Shown here in pieces: positions 1 to 8,584 of a stretch of DNA of 64,000 nt. The DNA is taken from positions 22,269-86,268 of the IMG/VR virus record IMGVR_UViG_3300027861_000018; one strand, written 5' to 3'. The stretch's first letter is position 1. Each line of letters starts with the position of its first letter. The translations under genes were made by a program, and so were the position numbers. The notes under the pieces were generated by a model that saw only the letters and a program-made list of their open reading frames with translations, ran no database searches and was not told the origin of the DNA. Source of the DNA: a virus.

Positions 1-2299
1 AGGAGTCGGCCGTGCCTGGCGCGTATCCCGCCATCTGTACAAATATCTTGGTGACCTGCTCTTGATACACCAGCACACCCAGTGAGTCAGAACAGATGGA
101 ATCATACAGGGGATGGACTTGCCTCTCATCACGACGTTTGGGGTTCAGCTTCCTCTTTTTGAACTCCGTCGCCAGCCCCGACCGCGCTGGCCCTGGCCTG
201 TTGAGAGCCACCATCGCCACATTGTCTTCGAAGCTATCAAAGGCGATGCCCTCACAAGCTGCATGTGCGCCAGTGGAATCATATTGGAAGATGCCAACAT
301 AATGGTGATCTGTGAATGCCTGAAGCGTCTCTGGGTTATCGAGCGGCAGCAGCTCATAGTCCAGCTTGAGCCCAGGATTGCGCTTCTCTGCCATCTTGCG
401 CGCGTCATTGAGCACGGTCAGGGTTCGAAGGCCCAAGATGTCGAGCTTGAGCAAGCCCATGCCGCCAACGCCGTACATGTCCCACGCCGCCAACTTGACG
501 ATCAGGTTGTTGCGCATGTGCGTTTCGATTGGCACCACATCCGGGAGCGGGACAGGCGAGGTGATGACGCCGGCTGCATGCACGCCCGGCTGCCTGGCGT
601 GGCCCTCCAGCTTCACCACCAGCGGCAAGACGTGCGGGTGGCGTGCATTGAAGTCGCGACACACTTTGAATTCCACAAAGCTGTCTGCCACAGTCTGGCT
701 CGCACGCTCATCACCGCTGGACCGCTCAACAATGGCGCCCGTCACATCATTGAGCTCTCCAAACGGCACACCAAGCACGCGCCCCACATCCTTCAGCGCG
801 CTCTTGCCCTTCATGCGGCCCACTGTACAGATGAGACTCACCTTGTCTCTGCCCCACTTCTCATGCAAGTAGGTGATGACCTCCTCACGCCGCACATCCT
901 CAAAATCCATATCGATATCAGGCATATCGATACGCTCAGGGCTGATGAAGCGTTCGAACAGCAAACCATGCTCAAGTGGATCCAGAGAGGTGATGCCTAG
1001 CAAGTAACACACCAGCGAGCCAGCTGCAGAACCGCGCCCCGGGCCTGTCATGATTGGCGGCTCTGCCATATCACGGCACCAGTTGATGAGGTCGCGAACA
1101 ATCAGAAAGTACCCAGGGAACTTTGCGCAGGCAATCGGCTCCTTTCCTGCCTTGCGCAGTTCCACGTCCAATTCCTTGTCCAATCGTGCCCTGTACTCTG
1201 CGACTGAATATCCTGTGACCTTGGAGCGCCCCTCGATGTCGCGCCAATCCCACCCTTCAGCGCAGAGACGGGACAGCTCTGCCACATCATCGCTGGAATC
1301 ATGAGGCACTTGCGGCACCAATGCCTTGAAGCGGTCGATGTGCATCTTGTAGGTGTGTGCATCAGAGACCTCCACCGTGGCTTCAATGACCTCTGCGGCC
1401 AATTCCTCACCCATGTATGGGTGATTGGCCAAGAACGCTTCCATCATCTCAGCACCGCTGCGCAAGTGGTAGCCCTGCGGCGACCGCGGGTGATCAGGCT
1501 CCTCCATCGTCATCTTGTTCGCCAGGCACAGCAAGATGGTGTGGGCATCGGTGTCGTCAGCATTGATGTAGTGAACGTCATTGACAGCAATGAGAGGCAA
1601 GCCCAATGCCCTAGCGATGCGGATGAATGCCTTGTTGACTCTGCGGTGGAGCGGTCCGGCGTGCGGCATTAGCTCCAGATACATGCGGCCCTTGTAGGCG
1701 GCAGCCAGCTTCTTGGCGGTGCGGGCGGCTTGGGCCATCCGGCCCTGGATGACGTGATCGCCCAACAGGGAATCGGGGCCGCCAAAGCTGATGGACAGCC
1801 CCTCGTTGTGCTCGATGAGGAGCTCAACGTCAACGCGGGGGATGCCTCGATAGCAACCTCCATCATTGTCCCAGGCGATGGACGTGAGGCGCGACAGCGA
1901 CCTGAAGCCGTTGCCCTCCATCACCCTCGCCGTCACATCCCACGAGCGCATCACCTGCTTGCGTGCCTCCTCTGCTCGGATGACTTTTTGGCGCTCCCGG
2001 CCTTCCAGCCCAAGTGCAACGATATCCTCGTCATCCTTGGTCAATCCGTGCTGACGATGGTTGGTCACGACATTGAGCACTGCGCCATAGATGGGGCGTG
2101 GCTGCTCCTCGCCGTCAGGCGTGTGCACATAGGCTGCCTTCTGAAGGTCGTATGCATATCTCAAGGTTGAGGTGTCGGTGACGCACAGCGTGCGCATCCC
2201 TAACTCTCTGCCTCGATTCACATGGGCCCCAAGCTGCCCAAATGCCTGCAGATAACTATACTCTGTGCGGCGGCGCAACTCTTCATATCGCAACGTCAT
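1..2299 (-). CDS. dnaE: DNA polymerase III alpha subunit (family C), truncated at the left window edge
   Basis: Manual translation; absent from the ORF track because its stop lies outside the window. ATG at 2299 overlaps the upstream TGA. The frame contains GPGRGSAAGS, LLFERFISPER, MPDIDMDF, GVHAAGV, KLDILGL, ALNRPGP and GVLVYQEQV, with an N-terminal PHP domain (TEYSYL, VTD, VNDVHY). Confidence 0.96.
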   Translation of the reverse strand, partial: MTLRYEELRRRTEYSYLQAFGQLGAHVNRGRELGMRTLCVTDTSTLRYAYDLQKAAYVHTPDGEEQPRPIYGAVLNVVTNHRQHGLTKDDEDIVALGLEGRERQKVIRAEEARKQVMRSWDVTARVMEGNGFRSLSRLTSIAWDNDGGCYRGIPRVDVELLIEHNEGLSISFGGPDSLLGDHVIQGRMAQAARTAKKLAAAYKGRMYLELMPHAGPLHRRVNKAFIRIARALGLPLIAVNDVHYINADDTDAHTILLCLANKMTMEEPDHPRSPQGYHLRSGAEMMEAFLANHPYMGEELAAEVIEATVEVSDAHTYKMHIDRFKALVPQVPHDSSDDVAELSRLCAEGWDWRDIEGRSKVTGYSVAEYRARLDKELDVELRKAGKEPIACAKFPGYFLIVRDLINWCRDMAEPPIMTGPGRGSAAGSLVCYLLGITSLDPLEHGLLFERFISPERIDMPDIDMDFEDVRREEVITYLHEKWGRDKVSLICTVGRMKGKSALKDVGRVLGVPFGELNDVTGAIVERSSGDERASQTVADSFVEFKVCRDFNARHPHVLPLVVKLEGHARQPGVHAAGVITSPVPLPDVVPIETHMRNNLIVKLAAWDMYGVGGMGLLKLDILGLRTLTVLNDARKMAEKRNPGLKLDYELLPLDNPETLQAFTDHHYVGIFQYDSTGAHAACEGIAFDSFEDNVAMVALNRPGPARSGLATEFKKRKLNPKRRDERQVHPLYDSICSDSLGVLVYQEQVTKIFVQMAGYAPGTADS

Positions 2300-2898
2300 G
2301 CTTGCTCTCCTGCAAGGCCAAGCCAATCGACAACTGCCGCTTCGACGGCCGACCCTATGTGCTTCTCACCATCCCAGTAAGGAACCTGGCTCACGTCCAA
2401 TCGCAAGGTAGGCAGAGCTGATGCTAGGCGCACTGCGGTGTTGAGCCTGGACCGTACCCCAGACAATCGCTCCGGATGCCGTCTGGTGTCATCTGGCGGC
2501 AGGCGTGCCATCAAATTCTCAACCGGGGCATCCAGGTGAACGATGCGGGCGTCAAGCGGGCGCAGAGTTGACGCCCACCACCTCACCAGCGCAGCGTGGG
2601 CCAGCGGCCCTTCAGGAGCATAGGCCACGCCTGATGGCATCGACCTGTCCAGGAACAACCTGGACGACCAGGCCAAGCCAGCGTTGTGATGAAGGCACGC
2701 CAGCACATCGGCCGCATACACGTCATCCACATAGGTGTTCACAGGCACGCCGCGCTCTCGCCACTCTGCCAGTTGATCCTGCGACAAGCGCCCATCCCTC
2801 CACGCCATCGCGCGATATGGCAGGAAGTCATAGCGCGCGAGTGACTCAGACAGGGTCGTCTTGCCGACACCTTCTGGGCCTTCCAGAACGAGAATCAC
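2296..2898 (-). CDS. Thymidylate kinase-like deoxynucleoside monophosphate kinase
   Basis: N-terminal P-loop ILVLEGPEGVGKTT and the dTMP-kinase-type DR motif (FLDRSMPSGVAY); GTGA/ATGA overlaps with both neighbours. Confidence 0.8.
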   Translation of the reverse strand: MILVLEGPEGVGKTTLSESLARYDFLPYRAMAWRDGRLSQDQLAEWRERGVPVNTYVDDVYAADVLACLHHNAGLAWSSRLFLDRSMPSGVAYAPEGPLAHAALVRWWASTLRPLDARIVHLDAPVENLMARLPPDDTRRHPERLSGVRSRLNTAVRLASALPTLRLDVSQVPYWDGEKHIGSAVEAAVVDWLGLAGEQA

Positions 2899-4205
2899 GC
2901 GAGTGCTTTCATGAGGGCGGCGTGGGCCGCATCCATCATTCTGAAAGCAATGGCCAGATCACGGGCGCTGATGTTCATTGGCGGATTGAACCTGATGGCG
3001 CCAGCATCGCGCCACGTCATGAGGAGCAGGCCGGCAGCGTGACAAGCGTCACAGAATTGACGCCCATTGTATGGCAAATCATCCCATTCCAGGTCAAATG
3101 CCTTCATCAAGCCATAGCCGTGCACCTTCTTGACGTATGGGCGCTCATTCAGAGCCTTCTCGATGAGGTCGCCCTTGACGATGACCTCGCCCAGGTGGTC
3201 ATCCAGCCACCCGATGAAACGAGTGGAATGATGGCACACCCACTCAGACCCTGCCATACTGTTGAAATGGGTGCCCGGGGTCATCGCCTTGGCAATGGAA
3301 GCGTTGGCGATGACTGCGCTCATAGGGAAGCCCATGGCCAAACCCTTGCCAAGGCAGAGAATGTCAGGGCGCAAGTCAATCTCAGGGTGCTGCCAGCTGC
3401 TGTAATGGCCGCAGCGACCCGCGCCAGCCTGAACATCGTCAAAGATGATCAAGATGCCCTTCGTGTCCGCAAACTCTCGCAACCTCTGGAAGAACACCTT
3501 GGGATAGGTTGTGATGCAATTGTTGCCAAGAACTGGCGCCATGTTGATGGCGCCCACCTGATCCCAACGCAGGTCAGGATCATCGCCCGGCGGCAAACCT
3601 CCGGTGGGCCCCTCCTTCAGGAGGGAGAACCACCAGTTGTCACCATTGTCGAAATACTCGACAGTCCCAAACAACGGGGGCATCGGGCCATACCCCTCCT
3701 TGTGATATGGGCTATCGGTTGAATCAGAGCACGCCATGGCGAAGGCTGTACGCCCATGGAAGTTGCCCTTGAGAGTGACGACGCCCAGCTTGGGGTTGCC
3801 GTCACGGTCTTTGTGCGTGCCATGCTTGGTCTGCCACAATCGGGCTAGCTTGATGGCTGTCTCATTTGCCTCGGCGCCGCTGTTGGCATAGAACACCTTG
3901 CCGCAGTCGCCTTCATCTGTATAGCCTGTGCGATTGACCAACAGAGCCGCATTGTACTCGCGGTGCGGGCCGTGATAGGCGCGAGGCAGGCGGTGGGGTG
4001 CGTTGGTTGTGAGTAGCTCCATGGCTGTCTTCTGAAGAATTGGCGTGTTGTAGCCCATTGAGGCCACGCCTTCATCGTTCCAACAGTCAAGGAGTTTGAG
4101 CCCTGTGTCAGTGATCAGCCACGACCCCTTGCCTTTGACAAAGCACAACGGTACGCGGTGGGTGATGTCAAACAGGTATTGGGCTGGCTTGATGGTGTCG
4201 TCCAA
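2895..4205 (-). CDS. Class-III PLP-dependent aminotransferase (ArgD/ornithine aminotransferase-like, divergent)
   Basis: Motifs KGKGSWL, NSGAEANETAIKLAR, NFHGRT, IFDDVQAGAGRCG, PDILCLGKGL (PLP lysine) and IRFNPPM. Confidence 0.92.
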   Translation of the reverse strand: MDDTIKPAQYLFDITHRVPLCFVKGKGSWLITDTGLKLLDCWNDEGVASMGYNTPILQKTAMELLTTNAPHRLPRAYHGPHREYNAALLVNRTGYTDEGDCGKVFYANSGAEANETAIKLARLWQTKHGTHKDRDGNPKLGVVTLKGNFHGRTAFAMACSDSTDSPYHKEGYGPMPPLFGTVEYFDNGDNWWFSLLKEGPTGGLPPGDDPDLRWDQVGAINMAPVLGNNCITTYPKVFFQRLREFADTKGILIIFDDVQAGAGRCGHYSSWQHPEIDLRPDILCLGKGLAMGFPMSAVIANASIAKAMTPGTHFNSMAGSEWVCHHSTRFIGWLDDHLGEVIVKGDLIEKALNERPYVKKVHGYGLMKAFDLEWDDLPYNGRQFCDACHAAGLLLMTWRDAGAIRFNPPMNISARDLAIAFRMMDAAHAALMKALA

Positions 4206-4214
4206 GATGTCCTC

Positions 4215-5330
4215 TCAGGATGTGCGAAGGGCGTGGGCTGCGACGGTTGCCGCGTGTTGCGGGTCCTCCCCTGACTCCAAGGGGCGGCCTGTATACGGGT
4301 CACGACCCCAGAAAATGGCGCGGCGCATTGCCTCCTCTTCGATGTCAAACATAAGCCTGATTGTGCCATTCTTGTAGGCAGCTCGGGCCTGGTCTGCCAG
4401 GGGTGAGGATTCTCGGCCGAGGAATAGCGGACAGACCGGCAGATTGTGGTCGCGGCCATCAAACCTGCGCTGGATGTCCTCTGGGAAAATGCACCCCGTG
4501 TACTTGGTTCCCTTCATGCACGGCGGGGTGACGAGGCGGCCAAAGCACGGGTGGATGTGGGTTGTGAGTTGGCTGATGATCCCGTTGATGATCGGGCCCC
4601 AATACCCAAGCTGGAGGATGGTGCAGCCTCGCTTCCCAACGATGTGCTGGAGTGTTCGCAGATTGAGGGTCCAACTGAGACGTGAGGTGGCGCCCAGTGG
4701 GATGAGGTCACGGGCATCCTCCAGCGGGAGGCCGCTGGAAGCCCAGCGAGCATACATTGCCTCGATGGTCTCCATGTCCTTGCGCCACCTCAGCACCGCG
4801 TCTGGCCCCATCGCAATCACAGTATCTGGGGTGCGGAAGGCACTGCGCTCGCTGGCGAACGTTGACATGTCGAGAAGTCGCATGGATTGGCTCCACGCGC
4901 TCATGTCTGCCACTTCAGGGATGGTGTCGACTGTGATCCAGTCAGCACCAACGCGCACATCAGGCTTGGTCCCGACGCGATGGCGCACCATCTGCTCCCG
5001 CCAGCCGATGCTGGCATTCTCAATGATGAAGTTGAAACTAACTGCCTCGACAACAGGAACGCCCTCCATCACGCTGGTCATCAAATCTGCCAGCTCAACG
5101 TCACTCATGATCAGCACTTGGCCGACGATGTCATCCAACTCTTCAGTCGTCTTTGACTGAAGCCAGATGATAGCGATGACCTGCATCACGCCCAGACGTG
5201 GATCGGAATTGATGCGGCGCTGAAGGTGGAAGGGCATGCCGCTGACGCCAACCAGTGTGACCTTGGGCGGGTCGGTTGGCTTGACGAGGTCCATCAAGGT
5301 CTCCAGAGAAACGGGGTTAGTCTCGACCAC
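4215..5330 (-). CDS. thyX: Divergent ThyX-like flavin-dependent thymidylate synthase family protein
   Basis: EQMVRHR, SQSMR, GLPLEDARDLIP and NLRTLQHIVGKR match ThyX blocks. The true start may be the ATG at 5294, which has GGAG upstream. Confidence 0.75.
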   Translation of the reverse strand: MVETNPVSLETLMDLVKPTDPPKVTLVGVSGMPFHLQRRINSDPRLGVMQVIAIIWLQSKTTEELDDIVGQVLIMSDVELADLMTSVMEGVPVVEAVSFNFIIENASIGWREQMVRHRVGTKPDVRVGADWITVDTIPEVADMSAWSQSMRLLDMSTFASERSAFRTPDTVIAMGPDAVLRWRKDMETIEAMYARWASSGLPLEDARDLIPLGATSRLSWTLNLRTLQHIVGKRGCTILQLGYWGPIINGIISQLTTHIHPCFGRLVTPPCMKGTKYTGCIFPEDIQRRFDGRDHNLPVCPLFLGRESSPLADQARAAYKNGTIRLMFDIEEEAMRRAIFWGRDPYTGRPLESGEDPQHAATVAAHALRTS

Positions 5331-5344
5331 TCTACAGCGGCGCG

Positions 5345-6298
5345 CTACCTATCAGACAGGAATAGTGGCTTGTTGACATTGATTGTTGCGTCCGGGTTCC
5401 TGCCCCAGTTGGTCTGAACCATGGCGTGGCGCACCTGTTTCCACGACCACACGCGCACAATGTCGCTGTGGACCGGCAAAGACTGATTCCACGGCTGATC
5501 CATCAGCAAGACCGGCTTGACGTGGTGGGTGACCAACTCCAAGCAGTGCTTGTCACGGTCCTCCACGAATGCGACCACCTGTGCCGGCATGATGCTCTGG
5601 TGCACAGCATCCCACTTGTCCTTGTTGAAGAGCAGGATGTCGCACGGCACGCCGTTGTCTTGTAGCCATTGCACGGTATCGGGCCGCACCCGGGCATGCT
5701 CCCATACAGGCCGAGCGGTGACGATGGCCACCAAGCACCCTGCCTCCTGGGCTTGGATGAGCGCCTCTTTGGCCCCCGGCACGAGATCCAAGGTTTGGAA
5801 CCCGCCATCAGCATACCACTGCGCCTTCTTCTCTTCAGTGGAGAGAGTGCCGACCGTTGGGTTGCCGTACTGGCCGCCGGTGGCCTCAAAAAATTTGGAC
5901 AAGTCGGCGACGCAGCTGTCGAGGTCTGTGACAAACACTCGCCTACCCGCCAACTCCACGCGGTATTGATGGAACTTCTGCTCCACATCCAAGGTCTTGG
6001 CGGCAAATCGTTTGCTGATTTGCTTTGGAGTCATGCCGGCAAGGTGAGCGATTGCCATCGCATACTTGAGCACATCAACCATTTCTTCCACGGCATTGCC
6101 GCCGTGCCCTCTCTCTTGCCTCACGACGTGAGGCTTGCGCCGTAGGCTGCGCGCAAGCTCGGTCGCCTCTTCATGCAGGCCCAGCAGCAACTCATCCATG
6201 TATGCAGAGCGTTCTGCGTCGGTCATGAGGTCACGGTCATACCACAGCGTCTGCTGTGCAGCCTGTGCCACAAAAAGGTCTTCAATGGTCGTTGTCAT
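5345..6298 (-). CDS. Fusion of a MazG/dimeric-dUTPase-like NTP pyrophosphohydrolase and a HAD-family deoxyribonucleotidase
   Basis: N-terminal LHEEATEL...EEMVDVLKY (all-alpha NTP-PPase motifs); C-terminal HAD motifs DLDSCVAD, IVTARP and FVEDR. Confidence 0.8.
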   Translation of the reverse strand: MTTTIEDLFVAQAAQQTLWYDRDLMTDAERSAYMDELLLGLHEEATELARSLRRKPHVVRQERGHGGNAVEEMVDVLKYAMAIAHLAGMTPKQISKRFAAKTLDVEQKFHQYRVELAGRRVFVTDLDSCVADLSKFFEATGGQYGNPTVGTLSTEEKKAQWYADGGFQTLDLVPGAKEALIQAQEAGCLVAIVTARPVWEHARVRPDTVQWLQDNGVPCDILLFNKDKWDAVHQSIMPAQVVAFVEDRDKHCLELVTHHVKPVLLMDQPWNQSLPVHSDIVRVWSWKQVRHAMVQTNWGRNPDATINVNKPLFLSDR

Positions 6299-6573
6299 TC
6301 CGCCTCCTCTTCAGGCTCGTCTACATCCGAGTTGTCACACATGTACTTCACGCCTGTCCCGACAAGGGGGTGCACAGCGCAAGGCACCAAGGTCCCGGGT
6401 GCGCACTTTGCGACCAGCGTGTGGGCGCGGTCCGGCTTGATGCTGATTGCGGCCATGCAGTCTACCTCAATCACCCTTGTCGGCTTGGCATCAAATGCCA
6501 GAAACGTATCTGTCAAGATGCCGAGGGCAGCGGCAATACCGATAGCGACAACAGCCCAGCGCACTCTAGTCAT
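6295..6573 (-). CDS. Small membrane or exported Cys-containing protein
   Basis: ATG at 6573 forms an ATGA overlap with the upstream stop; hydrophobic N-terminus WAVVAIGIAAALGIL, four Cys and an acidic tail. Confidence 0.6.
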   Translation of the reverse strand: MTRVRWAVVAIGIAAALGILTDTFLAFDAKPTRVIEVDCMAAISIKPDRAHTLVAKCAPGTLVPCAVHPLVGTGVKYMCDNSDVDEPEEEAE

Positions 6574-7538
6574 GCGGTCAACTCCTCGTGGCAAGCGTCG
6601 ACCACCTGATCCACTGTGATGCGTGAATTCCATTGCGCAAAACGCCCTGCCAATCGAATATTTGACCCAGAGCCAGCGCGCCAAGTGCGCCAAGTCACAG
6701 GGTGAAGGTGCCCCGGCAGCTGGCGCGGTGGCGCGAGCAACGTACTGCCCAGACGGGCTAAGTCGACGGCCAAGGAGTGCGTGCTGCGATCATTCCACTC
6801 AAGCTCCAATGCGATGTTGCCATCATCATCAACAACAGGGCGAACCCTGTGAATTGCCTCCAGCCATGGCGTGTACGTGTAATCGTAATGCCCCAGATGC
6901 GCCGTTCTGCCGGTGAGCGAGATTCTGGCGACCTTGAGCCACTCATGGGGGCACACGGGCGCTTCCCTGCCCTCCAGCTGAAGCAACTTGGCCAAAATGG
7001 GGAGTGGCACCGTGCTCGTGATGCGGCCGCTGGCGCTCTCGATCCATCGACGTGGACCAACACATGCCATAGGACCTGATATGACTGTCGCGTGCGCCTG
7101 TATGATGTCGCAGTGTCGCTCCACCAAGCCAAACAGACGGCTGAAGTCTGTCAAGACTCGCTCGCCCCCAGTGCCGCCAAAATTCATGACGCCCGGCCCA
7201 TATCCTTCATAGGTCCCGCGAGTCTTGCCATAATGCAAGCGCTGGACCGCCTCCAGGTGACCGCCCAAGCCTTGAGGATAGGGCAGCACCCGGCCTTTAT
7301 GTGTGAGCACCCCTCCGCTCATTGCCTTCAGCGTGAAGTCCATCTTGTGCGCGTGCAGCAGAGCCCTCACCCCGACGCTATTGCGAAGGTATTGGAAACC
7401 GCCCTTGGCATAGCTACCACCCAGATGGCTGGGCTCAATGACAGCAACTGTCTCGCCCTTCCTCCATGCGGCAAGGGATAAAGCGATGAGGCAGCCAGAC
7501 ATGCCGCCGCCCAAGATCACGTGGTCATAGTGCGCCAT
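6570..7538 (-). CDS. FAD-dependent oxidoreductase (UDP-galactopyranose mutase/protoporphyrinogen oxidase-like fold)
   Basis: Rossmann motif VILGGGMSG followed by VIE..HLGG; STVPLP; C-terminal LAGRFAQW..TVDQVV. Confidence 0.8.
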   Translation of the reverse strand: MAHYDHVILGGGMSGCLIALSLAAWRKGETVAVIEPSHLGGSYAKGGFQYLRNSVGVRALLHAHKMDFTLKAMSGGVLTHKGRVLPYPQGLGGHLEAVQRLHYGKTRGTYEGYGPGVMNFGGTGGERVLTDFSRLFGLVERHCDIIQAHATVISGPMACVGPRRWIESASGRITSTVPLPILAKLLQLEGREAPVCPHEWLKVARISLTGRTAHLGHYDYTYTPWLEAIHRVRPVVDDDGNIALELEWNDRSTHSLAVDLARLGSTLLAPPRQLPGHLHPVTWRTWRAGSGSNIRLAGRFAQWNSRITVDQVVDACHEELTA

Positions 7539-8584
7539 TAGGCAATACTCTCTGTTATGCGCGGCCAGTCACCGCTCTTGATGATCCGTGCCAATACTCG
7601 CGCGACTTGGCTCACGTGACGCTCCTCGACCCCCTCAATGACGGTTGGTCGTCGGGCATCCTTCCACCGCTTGACGCGCAACGTCTTGGGCAAAACAGCC
7701 CTGGCCATCTCCACCATTGCATCAGGCGCTACCAATTGAATCTTGATCATGGGCTGACGCTTGGATGGATACAGATACATCACGGCCAATGGAGTCGCCT
7801 TGGCGTTGTTCTTGCGGACGTACATCACATAGTGATCGCTTCTGCGAAGCCTGTCCCGGTAGAACATGCCCCCAGCGTGACACCGGTGTCGATACTCTCC
7901 AGCAAATTCAACAGGGATTGCTCTGGCAAAGGCCGCCATCATCTTCTTGGCGATGGCTCGTGACTCAGCATACACATACGGGTCGTGAGGGAACCCGATG
8001 CGCGGGCGGGGTGAGCCAGGCTTGCTTGATGCGGTGACCTCTTGCTTGCTCTGCGCATCAGGCGTGGGCTGGGTGGGCCGAAGCACAACTGACCGATACT
8101 GAGTGGCAGAAGGCGGTCCTTCAGCATCATCATCGGCCGCCATGAACCATATCGTCCGCTCTGGAGTCGTGTTGACCGCGGCTGACCTGATTTGAATCTT
8201 GCGACACATATTGCGCCAGACACAGGGCGGCTCGGCCCCGGGGCCGATCAGGCCGTCGCAAGTTGGGTCGCCGGGCTCATGGTGGCCGACACACCCAGGG
8301 TTGTTGAATCTGTGCCTGGCTGCTGCCGCCCAGTGGGGCAACCCCTCCGGAATGGACCCGTGCTCCACCCACGTCACAGTTGCCGTCTGCTTGTTCACAG
8401 CAACGCATACGCGCCCCCACTCATACGTCTCGACGAGCAGACTCCATCCCTTGTCCCTCAGGCGCACAGGGCGATGCTGCTTGGTTGGCCTGGGGTCCAG
8501 CCCGAAGGCTGCGATGTAGTCATGGACCATCTTGGCATCCATGCGGGCGCCAATGGCGACACGGTATAGCGTTTCAGACTTCAT
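7538..8584 (-). CDS. Hypothetical protein with a Cys/His cluster
   Basis: 348-aa ORF overlapping both neighbours; GCVGHHEPGDPTC...CVWRNMC. Confidence 0.7.
   Translation of the reverse strand: MKSETLYRVAIGARMDAKMVHDYIAAFGLDPRPTKQHRPVRLRDKGWSLLVETYEWGRVCVAVNKQTATVTWVEHGSIPEGLPHWAAAARHRFNNPGCVGHHEPGDPTCDGLIGPGAEPPCVWRNMCRKIQIRSAAVNTTPERTIWFMAADDDAEGPPSATQYRSVVLRPTQPTPDAQSKQEVTASSKPGSPRPRIGFPHDPYVYAESRAIAKKMMAAFARAIPVEFAGEYRHRCHAGGMFYRDRLRRSDHYVMYVRKNNAKATPLAVMYLYPSKRQPMIKIQLVAPDAMVEMARAVLPKTLRVKRWKDARRPTVIEGVEERHVSQVARVLARIIKSGDWPRITESIA

Noticed and set aside
113-2170. Plus-strand ORFs 113-1000, 1301-1672 and 1730-2170
   Set aside because: Antisense shadows of the dnaE frame, which has all the catalytic motifs on the minus strand.
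2505-3722. 405-aa plus-strand ORF
   Set aside because: Antisense to the kinase and aminotransferase; no motifs or RBS.
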